DNA of 64,000 bases from Thalia democratica (taxonomy: Eukaryota). The position numbers were made by a program, and so were the translations under genes. The first letter of the stretch is position 1. Each line of letters begins with the position of its first letter. The DNA lies in the NCBI GenBank assembly GCA_965202585.1, contig OZ241833.1:37944001-38008000 (forward strand). The letters are read 5' to 3'. Positions 25,203-37,232 of the stretch are shown here, piece by piece. Under the pieces are notes generated by a model. It searched no databases, was not told where the DNA came from, and saw nothing but the letters and a program-made list of their open reading frames with translations.

Positions 25203-26291
25203 TAGATAATATACTGGTGCTGTTTAATGTAAAAAAGTAAACTGCTCTATTAAATGTACTTAATCTAATTAAAAATGAAATCAATAATAAATTTAATCAA
25301 CCAAAACTTGTACTGCTTGATTATTATTTTTTACATAAAGTCATGAGGTTTTTAAAAGAAATAAGTAATAAAAACAACAATTTATTCATAAACCCTTGAT
25401 AACTTATTAAAGGTCTTCAACAAAGTATTTTTAGTTTGTATTGTTTTTTCATAGCTTTGGTATATATTCATCTCTTTTACACAATGTAAAAGTAGTTCGA
25501 TACTAATTAATAATAACAAGATTTGCATCATGCCACTAAATTCTGTCTGTAAGGTTAATGTTCTTTAAACAACTGTTACTTACTTTTTAAGTCTTTTTTC
25601 TAGTTTTATTTATTTATTCAGGACATTTATCAGACATGTATGTAAGCCACTATCTTATTACGAATCCTTGAGCATGAAAATTTTATGGAAAAGTTCTTAA
25701 ATTTATAAAATTCTCTAAAGTCCTTGAATTTTGACTTTTATAGAAACTATTTGTTATTTTTCACAACTTTTTAAAGATTATTAGTATTTGGAATAATTAA
25801 GCTAAATACTCTTCAAGAATATGATGTTGAAAAAAAAAACTTAAAAAAGAGCACTATTTTAGTTTCAAAATTTTCAAAATGGTTTTCCGTTTTAATTCAG
25901 CTGAAAATATTACGAAAACGGTATAAAAATACAATTTATCTTAACATTGATATTGTTGAAATTAAAGTGTTTAAAGATTTTATTAAAGGTAGACTTGTAA
26001 TTATTGTTTAAAATACTTTTTGTTTGTTCGTTATAGTATTAGTCTTTCCTTGCTTAAAAGTATACAGTAAAATGGAATTTGTAAAACTACTATAGCATTT
26101 AATAAGTTTATGTGTATAGTTTAAATTCCAGTTTTTAGTACTTATAACATAAGAAAAAGATTTTTTACCAAAAAACTCATTTACTCATAATAAAAAGACT
26201 TGAATATAAATTTTTAAGTTTACTAGCTAATAGTTTGTTACTATATATCTTAAAGAAACAAGTTCGTTGGAATGTATAATAATGTCAACAG

Positions 26292-26450
26292 TCTGCAAAG
26301 TAATATTCTTTAATCAACTAACATATGTTTCTCTTTGTTAAACAAGTTAACACAGTTGCAGTACTTTTTTTACAGAACTCCGTGGAACTGTGTTATTTTT
26401 TTAACACAGAGAAACATATGCTAGTTGAATAAAGAAAATTACTTTGCAGA
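26292..26450. mobile_element. ~160-bp hairpin MITE
   Basis: Inverted arms of ~65 bp: TCTGCAAAGTAATATTCTTTAATCAACTAACATATGTTTCTCT... versus ...AGAGAAACATATGCTAGTTGAATAAAGAAAATTACTTTGCAGA. Confidence 0.7.
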
Positions 26451-26520
26451 TTAATGTTATTAAATGTTAAGTTAGTTATATTAATTGTGATATTTGAAAG
26501 TATTCAGTAGTTTATATTGC

Positions 26521-26632
26521 TTATTGAACGACAAAAAAACGCTCAAAAAGTTTGGTCTAAGGACCTGGTGCACGAAAAAACCTTTCAGTTATCGAGTCCT
26601 ACATCAGAACAGTTTATGTCATGTCCATGACA
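26521..26632 (-). mobile_element. SINE-like ~120-nt repeat, copy 2
   Basis: Homologous to the other six copies. Confidence 0.75.
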
Positions 26633-28446
26633 TATTATAGTTTTTCAATATATTGTTAAGTTTTTCCTGCTAAATCTTAAATTAATTAAATATTCATAAA
26701 AACTTTTCCTAGATACTGAACTAATTTTTTCTAAATGGAACATGAAATTTAGCTAATGTAGTGATCATTTTAAACAGTCTAAAGTATATTGTAATGCTTT
26801 TAAGTTACCTACAAATAAATCACAATGTAGTTTGTTAAGAGTCAGGAAAACTACTACGATCCGGGAGTATTTCAACTGAAGGTAACCATTTTAGTGATTT
26901 GTTTTTTGATTAATACTTAATGGTATTAACAAGACATTAAGTTTAAACTGTTTACTTGTAAAGATTACCTGTAATCTCAGCAAACGTTATTAAACTTGTA
27001 AATTCAGCTTAAAAAGTCTAAATTTTAACAACGCACCGCAACTTAAAACTGTTCATTCTTTCTTATGGTTTTGTAGTTTTTGCTACAGTATAAACAACGC
27101 AGAGTTTTAACCCATTGTCTATAATGATGTCTCCTTCAAAAAGAAGTTGCTAGTTTTTCTTTTATAAAATCTTTTTGTAGTTTAAGAGAAGGTTATTTGT
27201 AAGATAAAAACATCAAACACTGTTCTGGGTTCGCCAAATAGTGATTATCGCCCACTTTTAAGCAGACACTACTTATGACCAGCTAGTTTTTCTGTTAAGA
27301 TCAATTCAGGCAATATCGCCATCTTAGCTTCAGGAAGTACGAATTTAGATAGCCGTAGTTTCTGAAGCAGAATTTCCATAAATACAATCCTTGTCTATGG
27401 CGACTTCAGCTAGACTATTGAATTGACCAACTATTTTTAACTTTTTTTCAAACTAAAAGTAATATTACAGAAGTTAAACTTTATTTTCAAAATAATAGTT
27501 AATTTCTTTATTTGAATACGATTTTTAGTCGTTCATAGTTTTTAAACATTTGTGCAGGTAAGCAAACTTACTAAAGTTGAACTAAACTGTTAGAAAACTT
27601 AAGCTGTGTTTCTTTTTAAGTTTGACTTGCTTAAAGCTTTTTGCAAATAACTATGTTTTTTTTCAACTTAAACTTTACTAAGTCGATCTACTCTTAAATT
27701 TTTTCTGTGCATAATTATTAAAAATAAAAATCAGTTACTGTTAGTTCCATAAACTTAACAGATCTCAATCAGATATGTTATAATCTTGCAGTTAATACTA
27801 CTTTAATAAAAAAATTATTTTAAACTATTTTAACTTCTAGCTTGAGCAGCAGTGCACTACTTTCTTTAAGCTATAGCCCGTTTTCACAAATATAATTGCA
27901 GTATAAAATATTAATTCAGTCTTACCTTATCTTAGTTTATTGAAATAAGCTTTATTTATGTTAAACGTAAAAAAAATACATTTTAATTGTTTTGTATAGT
28001 GCTTTGTTCTGTTTTTTTTAATTACAATAGTGTGATATAAAAAAATAAGTTTATGAAGTTTTTTTTCAACTTCAATGAAATCTTCAGAACTGTAGTAATA
28101 AGCAAGTTGTTGCACATAATATAATATTTAAATTAAATAAAGTTAAGACTAATTTTTTTCATTAGTAAACGCTTAGAAAATGTTCTAGTATTATTAGTTA
28201 GTCAATATTTTTAAGTTAAATAAAACAAGTTAGCGTTTCATGTAAGAATGCTTGAGTTTGTTTGATGTTGTTTTAAAACTCTTTTGACAATTGAAATTTT
28301 CAGGATATGTAATCAAAAAAAAATGACTTTAAGTTTATAATAGGATAGTTAATGTTTACATTTAGAGTTATCGTTTCACTACTAACTGTTAGCATGAAAA
28401 TTTCTTGTACAGATATACCAGCATATTTTGTTTATTAACAGTACAG

Positions 28447-28564
28447 TTTATTGAGCGATAAAAAAAGACGATCAAAATATTTGTTTCTAAGACCTGGTGC
28501 ACGAAGAACCTTTCGGTTATCGAGTCGTACACCACGGATACCATTCAACGTCTTGTCCAGGACA
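28447..28564 (-). mobile_element. SINE-like ~120-nt repeat, copy 3
   Basis: Well-preserved copy; on the minus strand it ends CAATAAAC followed by TGTACTGT. Confidence 0.8.
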
Positions 28565-28961
28565 GTAACTAAATCAAAAGACACAACTTAGTAGTTACTA
28601 CACTATCACAAATAGAAAATTCTAGAAAGTAGTTCTAAGTAAAGTTTTTTAAAAGTATTCTATACAGTGTTCTGTACTGTGCAAAAAGCTAACTTACTGA
28701 GCACAGGAAGTAATAATTTAATAAAACTTTATATTTACAGACTGTTTTTGTAATAACTTTTTTTAGAAATTGATCAGCAAAAGACTTTAAACTAATACAT
28801 TGGATTTTTTTTTGAAAGGTATTTAATAAATACTCCAGTTAGCTCAGTTATATTTTAGTTATCTACCTTATACAGCTTTTTAATTTACATACAGACATTG
28901 TTTTAACTTTTAGTCACTAGCTCTCAAACGTTTAACTACAATATAATTACCTTTAGCATCG

Positions 28962-29042
28962 TTTATTGAACTAAATAATACTAAAAATTTTGGTCTAAAA
29001 ACCTGGTGTACGAATGAGCCTTTCGGTTATTGAGTTTTACAC
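28962..29042 (-). mobile_element. SINE-like repeat, copy 4 (shorter, decayed)
   Basis: ACCTGGTGTACGAATGAGCCTTTCGGTTATTGAG matches the family core. Confidence 0.65.
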
Positions 29043-29741
29043 TATTTACATCCAATCTGTAGCTCATAAAAATTATTACAAACTGTGTAAAAGTAACGCG
29101 ATCATATATTAAAACTGACTCGTATTGGTGTTGACTTGTTGTTAATCTTTATTTAATTTAACAGAAGTTCTAAAAGTTAATAGATTGTACAATAGAATAA
29201 GTTGCAAAATCTAACGCAAAAAACAAATTTTTCTGCTTTGTTAGACCAGTAAACGATATAACATAATTATTTAAGTACTAGGTTTATTAATAATTAGATT
29301 TTACACAAAACTAACAAAATCCGCTTTAACCCCGATACCTGTTTTTTTATGTAAAATTGTTGGATTTTAAAAAGTTAAAGCTTAATTTATTGGTGAAATA
29401 AAAGTTTTTTTTTCTAAACAGAAAACATAAAAGTATTCAAAACAGCCAGGCAAACATTAGTCTCTGCTTTTAATACGAGCTAAACAAAGCAAATTTAGAA
29501 TGATTGAAAGCTAAAATACTAAACGTTTTTTGATGATGACGAAAAATTAGTGAGGAATTTTATTGCATGCGACTACTAAAAAGCTGGGTACTAGCTAGAA
29601 CTGTGTTCTGTCGAGTTTCCCAAACTTTTTTTCTGAAGTCTCCTTTGAAAAAAAAAGATATTTTTCAATGGCAGAGTAAGTTTCAAAAATACCCTTAAGC
29701 ACGCTTAAGTCATTTTTTATCGTGAACTTCAGAATATCTAG

Positions 29742-29854
29742 TATAAACGACAAAAATACGCTCAAAATGTTTAGTACAAGGACCTGGTGCAAGAAAAATC
29801 TTTCGACTATCGAGTCGCACACCACGGATACCTTTTAACGTCTTGTCCAGGACA
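29742..29854 (-). mobile_element. SINE-like ~120-nt repeat, copy 5
   Basis: Homologous to the other copies. Confidence 0.8.
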
Positions 29855-31505
29855 AATAAGTTTAAAATTAGGGCCCTAACTTTCTAAAATGGCCCTCAAG
29901 GGGAACGTATGACCCACTTTAGAAAACCCTGGTGTACAGCATCCTCCCGCGTAACTTTGAAGGTCAACTCTAAAAGTGCGGAGATACGCGGCAGGTGCGG
30001 ATAACCGAGGCACAACTGAACTCAGGTTTGAACCAAAAAGATTTGTTTGAGTGCGAAGACATGCGGGGTGGCTAAACTTCCGATACCAAGCTTGGTCTTG
30101 GCCCAGTAGAAACTATTTTTCCATACAAAAGTGACACCCATGAAAACCTGACTTAAGTAAGGAGAAAATTGTTTTTTAAGCTAATTCAAACGTAAAGGCT
30201 GGTTTTCGAAAAAAAAGTATTAAACCCATCGTAGTGAAAAAATTAAACTGAGTTAGGAAGTTTTTAATGGTAAACTTTCATGTTGGTAAAAAAGACTATT
30301 CGTGGTTTAACTATTTATATTTATACAGGTTTTCGTTAAAAGACAATCAAAATAGTGACAACTTAAACTCCTTTAAAACTTTATAAGGCCACATCTCCAA
30401 AAGTATCTTTACGTTCAAAAAATAAAGAATGTTTATAAAGATCTTATCAATAAAATTGTGGTTTTGGAAAACTAGAAACTACTTATTAAAATCTACATTT
30501 GCTAAAAATAACTATATTAAACAAGTTGCAAAACTTCTTTTAGTAATATATCAAAAAAAAAAGTTTAAATTTAGAAAATAAAAAAGGTCACCATGATCTA
30601 ATACATTTGTTTGATATAAGTATAATTTAGAAGATTATAATGCTATTTTTTTATAAAAAATGTATTTCACAACAACTCAAAACTAATAAACTTTGATTTT
30701 CGGAAATTTAATTGGTTAGAATTTTTATTGTCGTGCATAATTGTTTTTTAAATTGCAGCTACTTTTTATGTTTCTTTTAAAAAAGTGAAATGTTTTTTTT
30801 ACTGTATAACATACAATATAGGTAATTGAAGCTTTTAAATTTTTGGACACTTATAGGTTTGGACACTAATAGGTTAAATTACTATTTGAACATGTTTTTT
30901 TTTGCAGTTGTCTTTTATTTATTTTCCTATAGCACGATAGCGTACCAACAAAGAACTTTAATTTATAAAGCTAAAAGAAGCAAGTTTTTCGTGTTGTATA
31001 TTACTTTGTTTGTGTATTTTCAAAACAATTTTTTTTAGATTAAGATATCAAATGACCATCATTTTTCTAAATAAGTGTTATTTTATTAATTCATACATCA
31101 GTTTTACGTTTGTTTTTTTATTGAAACTAATTTTTGAAAACCATCAAGATTGTCAAACTACGGCCTGTCAAGCAAAGATTGTTGGTTCGCTACTTATCCT
31201 TTAATTTTAACTGGCATTGAAAAAAAAACTGACTTAATAATATGCTGTTAACTTAAACTTGAGTGAAAATTGATTAAAATTTAAAACAAGTTTATTACAA
31301 TATTTTTTTAACAAATAAATCTTATTCATGTATGTATTTGATTCTATATTTATTATAACACGGCCGCTATTATTATACATAGCCACTTAACAGTTTTTCT
31401 ATATAGTTTGGCCTGCAAAAGACTGTTTACTAATCTTTCCCGTTTCTTATAAAGGGCTGCCGACTTTTGGTTTAAATGTATTTGTCATATAGTAAGCATT
31501 TAGAC

Positions 31506-31819
31506 CAGGGGTTGGCGAACCGCGGCCTTCTTACCAAATGTGGCAAAGGAAAAATCTGCTATCCGCGAGGTACTTTTATCGAAAACAAACATACTTGAAA
31601 AAAAAATGTTGTAAAAACTAAGCTCTTAATTTACTAATTACTTGTACTCTGTTAGACTTTAGAGACTGTTTTGGCGCTTTATTTTTAAGTTTTTATTACT
31701 ATTTTAAAATAACTGCGGCCCGCGGAAGAATGTTTTTCTTTACAGTGTGACCCGCGAGCAAACTTTTTACATAGACAACTGGAGTTGAGACTTAAAAAAA
31801 GCTGGAGTGCCGACCCATG
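31506..31819. mobile_element. hAT (Charlie-like) MITE, 314 bp
   Basis: TIRs CAGGGGTTGGCGAAC / GAGTGCCGACCCATG; 8-bp flanks ATTTAGAC / TTTTAGAG resemble the nTCTAGAn target of Charlie elements; internal GCGGCCCGCG motifs. Confidence 0.7.
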
Positions 31820-32051
31820 TTTTAGAGTTTTATGTGCAATTATTCTCCATTTTACGGAATTTTAAAACATACGAAAATTATTATAATTTATTTAATTTAG
31901 AATATTTCTATTATTACATATAATAGTAAAAAGTGGTCTCCATGGCAATTCACGGACACTTGAAACTATTTTTTTATTTTGTTTACAAATACAAAAACAT
32001 TTTAGTGACAGCTTCGTGTTTACTAACTGAAATTTTGATCAAAGCTATCAG

Positions 32052-32196
32052 TGAAAAAAGCAGAAAGACAGAATAAGACTGAAATCGTCAGCATCTATAA
32101 TCTAATAACGAAAACCATAAAAGAACCAAGGAATTCAAAAAGAAATTGGTCATTTCTATTCATATTGTTGTCTTCATTGCAACTTGCAACTTAAAG
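32052..32196 (+). pseudogene. Frameshifted pseudo-exon of paralog B, homologous to the TM exon 22872-23042 of paralog A
   Basis: Retains cag| and |gttag. It aligns as VKKAERQNKTEIVSIYNLI-[1-nt deletion]-ENHKRTKEFKKKLVISIHIVVFIATC versus A VEESEQQEQIQILNIQQLFDEHHRRQQEFDNKLFIVLLVVVSIALV. The incoming frame hits TAA at 32192. Confidence 0.6.
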
Positions 32197-33119
32197 GTTA
32201 GTTTTTTTTTTGATGTATGTATCAACTTAACCTCAAATCGTTGCTATTTAGTATTTTAGTTAGTTATTAACGAAATGCAAGAATATTTTACAGTTTTATT
32301 TCACAAAATAAGCTATATTTTTGTAAATAAACTTGTTTTCAAATTGCTGCCAGTTTTGTTTAATAGACATTAAATTAAACTCTGTTATTATACCAAATTT
32401 TTTAGCTCAATTATCAGCTTTCATTTGTTTAAAAGAGTGTTAATAGCTAAATATCATTTTTTTTTTGTTTCATTGAAAGGCAATAAACGTTTTGTAGATT
32501 AAATATAACTTGATTTGTAAAAAAAATTGTTCTCTTACACCTTAAAACTTTTAAAGTTAACTACCATTTGCTTCTTACACTTTACTAAGTTATTTTGATA
32601 AAGAAAATAAGTACATAAACTGGTATAAAGCACTAAAAGGTTTTTTTTACTTCAATTAGTAGACTTTTACGTAAAAATTCAAACTTAAAAATTACTTGTA
32701 ATAGTATTTGTATACAAACATATCATAAAAACACCAGTAATAAAACTATAACAGTATTATGTAATTGAAAACTACCAAAGAAAAAAACTAATGATGTTTT
32801 AACAAAAAGCAAGTGAGAAAGTATTTGTTTACATTAAGTTTAAATTAACCAAGTACATATATCAAATATAAAACCTCTTGGCATACTTCTTAAACATTAA
32901 AATAATTTATAACGCCTTAAACGAATTGTAAAATAGATTTTTAAGAACTAAATAGCTAAAACAAGCATTTATCTATAAAACCAATGTATCATACAAGCAA
33001 ACAATCATAAAAAAATTTAAAAATTCAAGTAAATTGTAGCTGGTTAGCTTGAAAACTCTGTAACACTTTTACTTGCAACTTGCATCAAATTAAATTTCAA
33101 CAAATTCACAGCAGACGCA

Positions 33120-36100
33120 ATGAACACTCTGCAACCGGCCCGATCAAAAAGGTCCAACCGGTCAAACAACAACCAGTGCCAGCCAGCACGGTCCAAAACC
33201 AACCAGTCGCGCTCCAAAACTAACCAGTCGCGCTCCAGGACCGACCAGTCGCGGTCCAGGACCAACCAATCGCGCTCCAAGACGAACCAAGCGTGCTCTA
33301 GGACGAACCAATCGCGCTCCAGGACACTTCAATCGCGCTCCAGTCCGAGGAGGAACGGTCAAGCGCAGACGGAGCTCGACTACGAAGATGACGAAGACGA
33401 CCTCGTCTTCAGCCCACTGAGGATCGGATCGTTCTTGGGAGCGGTCCTCCTTCTGATGTACGGAACGTACGGCATGTACGCGTCAATCGGAACCAGTAAC
33501 AATTACGTTAAACCGTTAGTTGGTTGTTTTATTTTGATTTAGTCTTTTTTTTTGCTCCTCATCACTGACTTCCTTCTATTTTAGGTTAAGTTTTAATTTA
33601 GTTACATCTTATTATATTAAATTTAACTAAAATCCCACATTTTAAACGAGTTATTCTACTTTGTTTTAATAATACCATCGTTTTTTTAAAACATAAAAAA
33701 AAAATTAAGTTTTTTTTTTTTTTAAACCACAGCTTATCAGTTTATTTGTTTAAAGCACACCTGTTTAGGTCAAATATTTTTTATATAAAACGTTTTGTAG
33801 AAACCCCCGGTTGAATCCGAGACCGTTCCCACGTCCGATAATCAGTACTCCGACACCGTTAGTTGATACTTTTGTTTCAGTCTAACTTCTAAATATAACT
33901 ACACCTCCTTTAGTTTGAACAGATAAAAAACCTTCTATTTTTAGCAGACTTTTTTTTTACATTGTATTAAGTTTGAACGTTGTATTTTTAATGAGTAACT
34001 GAGTTAGTCAATTAATAATATTTGAAAATTGTTTTTTATTAAGCACTTTTATATTTCATATAACATGTTGCGATTTAGTTTATTATTATTTTGGTCATCA
34101 TTTTAAAAGTTACTGGAAAGTAGACCAGATATTTTTTTGTAGACGACCTCGCTTAATGCCTAGCCCTGGAACAGACCCGAGTTTGAAACCGGCAGGCCCC
34201 ATCATCCCTCCATTTGGAAATCCCCCAGCGGGCAGACCATCGAAAAAACCCAGGCCCAAGAACCCTCCAAAGTTATGGCCAATAGGAGAGCCGATGCCCG
34301 TTACAAAACCCAATCAGAACCCTCGATTTCCTCCGATCGGCCAACCTCCTGCAGGCCGACAATTTCCCGCCAACGACGGACCAAGATTACCTGCCACTGA
34401 CAGACCTCCAGTACAAAAACCATTTCCCGCCGTTGACAGGCCTCCAGTACAAAAACCATTTCCCGCCGTTGACAGACCCCCTGTACAAAAACCATTTCCC
34501 GCCATTGACAGACCCCCTGTACAAAAACCATTTCCTGCCCTTGTAGATCCTGACGTTGTAGGTTTTCCAGGTGATCGAGATTACGTTAAAAAACCTCCCG
34601 TAGGCAGACCAAGGAACCCCAACGACAAACCTGCGAACGGCCCGAAGAAAAATCCGCGGGAAGAGCTGCCTCCGCTGCCCAGGTGGGAGATACTTCCCGG
34701 TGGCCTCGTCAAAGTGCATCCCGGTGAGCTTCCGCATGTTGAGATCGAACCAAAGAGGAGTGTGTTAGATGAAAACATGTACCCGAGGAACAAAGACTTT
34801 GTTTGGGACGGCGGCGAAAAAAAAAAGTACAAGCCAGTCGCCGTCGACCCGAGCGACAAATACCATTACCCCGTCGACGGTAATCCCGTCGAAGGCAGGT
34901 CTTACTCGAAAAACCCAAGTCCCAGGTTTACCAGGCAATCGAAAGGGGAGCCCAAGCACGAATACGGCGAACCCGAATATCCTGTCAACAAAAAACCTAC
35001 GGGTGGAAATCTACGGGATGTCAATGATAGAACCCGTGTTGGGCGGAAACCGTCCAATCGAAAGCCCAACATCAAACTACCTTTTCGTAAAGTTCCAATA
35101 AATATCAAAAAACGTCCTGCTTATCGGTTTCCCAAAGACCCCGTTAAAAAACCTTTTGTCAGAAGATTTCCGGAAGATCCCATCAACATACGTATAACAG
35201 ACCAGCTCGAAGGATATGTTTATGATTCTGATAATCCGTATGGTAACAAACCTGCAGATTTTGACCTAAAAGATTTGATTGAGAAGCGTCTTGCTGCTAA
35301 ACGTTCTCCAAATAACTCGAACAACAAACCACCTTTTGGTAAAATTCCAAAAAATCTCTCCAACCGTCCTCCTTATAGGTTTCCGGACGTTAAATTACCT
35401 CTTCCCCGAAAGTTTTCGGAAGATCCCATCAACATACGTAATATAGAGCTCGAAGGGTATGTTTATGATTCTGACAACCCGTATGGTAACAATCCTGCGG
35501 GTGGAAATCTACGGGATGTCAACGATAGAACCCGTGTTGGGCGGAAACCGTCCAATCGAAAGCCCAACATCAAACCACCTTTTCGTAAAGTTCCAATAAA
35601 TATCAAAAAACGTCCTGCTTACCGGTTTCCGAAAGATCCCGTTAAAAAACCTCTTCCCAGAAAATTTTCGGAAGATCACATCAACATACGTAATATAGAG
35701 CTCGAAGGATATGTTTATGATTCTGACAACCCGTATGGTAACAAACCTGCAGATTTTGACCTAAAAGATTTGATTGAGAAGCGTCTTGCTGCTAAACGTT
35801 CTCCAAATACCTCCAACATCAAACCACCTTTTCGTAAAGTTCCAATAAATATCAAAAAACGTCCTCCTTATAGGTTTCCCAAAGACCCCGTTAAATTACC
35901 TCTTGTCAGAAAATTTCCGAAAGATCCCATCAACATACGTGAAAAAGACCAGTTCGAAGGATATGTTTATGATTCTGATAACCCGTATGGTAAAAAACCG
36001 GGAGAAGTTGATCTAGATGATTGGATCGAGAAACGTCTTGCTGCTATACAATCTCAAAAAACCTCCAACAAAAGACCAACGAAACACCGGCTTAAAGATC

Positions 36101-37232
36101 ATGTTGATGGTTCTAAACATCCTTATGGTGATCTGCCCGTAGAAAGCTTCCGATCTCCCAAAAAAAGTCCTAAAAGATATCAAGTCCGAAAGAAAAAGTG
36201 GTATGAGGAGGACTTTAGCCGGAACGCAGATGATTCTTACGTTTATGACGATGTGGACTCTGATTTTTTTTGGGATTACCTCTTACCAATTGATAGAAAA
36301 CGCCCTCAAAAATCCGGATCACCTTCGAAAGCTCCAGCCGGTGAACATCTAGGTGACATCAATAACCGGGGCCGCCTCCTGTTCGAAAAAAAGAAGCGAA
36401 CACAACCCCATTACAATCCCCTTGACGGTGTTGACCAGGGTTTTGTTTGGGACGGAACCAAACAACCAAAAAAAAGCGTAGAAGATGAATACAGGTATCC
36501 CAGGAATAATGACTTTGTTTGGGACGTCACCCAACGGGAATTTCCGAAAAAAGCTAATAAGGGAAGACACGATCGAAACCAGGACCGCCCCAGATTCGAA
36601 AAAATTATGCGATCTTTGCGCGGGGAAACTGAACCTTCGTTTGGTGATAACGATTGGCACACTGCTAAGAAATTTGACAATCAGAAAAAACCCAATGTGA
36701 AAGATTTCAATCGCCAGAGATTTTCAGCCGGTAAAAGCCGAGATCGCTTTGAAAATGACTTGATGCCGGAATGGGATAACGAAGACTTTGAAAACCAAAA
36801 CTACGGTCAAGGTAGAAGATACTTTATTTTTTTGTTGATTTTTTTTTGTTTTTGCACAGCTTTTATTTGAACTTTAATCTCATAACAAAATTTAGTCTCC
36901 TACACTGACAGATTTACGTTTTAAAGCAGCATAAATTTTAAACACTGTTTAAAGGCGGAACCAACCCAAGCAAGAGGAAACGTTCTTCTTTCGCCAGAAA
37001 TTCCAGGATGGCGAAAGACGAAAAAAGCATCCGGTTCCCGCGCTCGACCGGAAACCCCCGTTTTCGAAACCTCGAGAACGCAGACGGGATGAGAAGCTAC
37101 CGGCAAATGAGGAATGATGCAAGGGACGAGGGAAATCTCCGGGGCATTCCCAGGAGAAGCAGGGGAGTTCCCAGAAGAAGGAAAATGAATGAGGGGTTCG
37201 GAAGAAACCTGAACAAAAATCTAAATTTTTAA
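33120..37232 (+). CDS. Paralog B: 1132-aa membrane-anchored Ser/Arg-repeat, Pro/Lys/Arg-repeat protein of unknown function
   Basis: join(33120-33514, 33801-33857, 34143-36811, 36955-37232) = 3399 nt, phases 2,2,1 consistent, GT-AG introns. NQSRSRT x6-7, acidic run, TM LRIGSFLGAVLLLMYGTYGMYASIG, 12-aa repeat x4, ~82-aa repeat x4. Confidence 0.85.
35002..36070 (+). repeat. Higher-order coding repeat: four ~82-aa units arranged as 2 x 166 aa (498 nt)
   Basis: GYVYDSDNPYG codons start at 35212, 35455, 35707 and 35959; GGNLRDVNDRTRVGRK starts at 35002 and 35500. Confidence 0.9.

Noticed and set aside
27190-27430. GC-richer patch that looked like a hidden exon
   Set aside because: Stops occur in the frames I translated and no motif was recognisable; probably decayed TE sequence.
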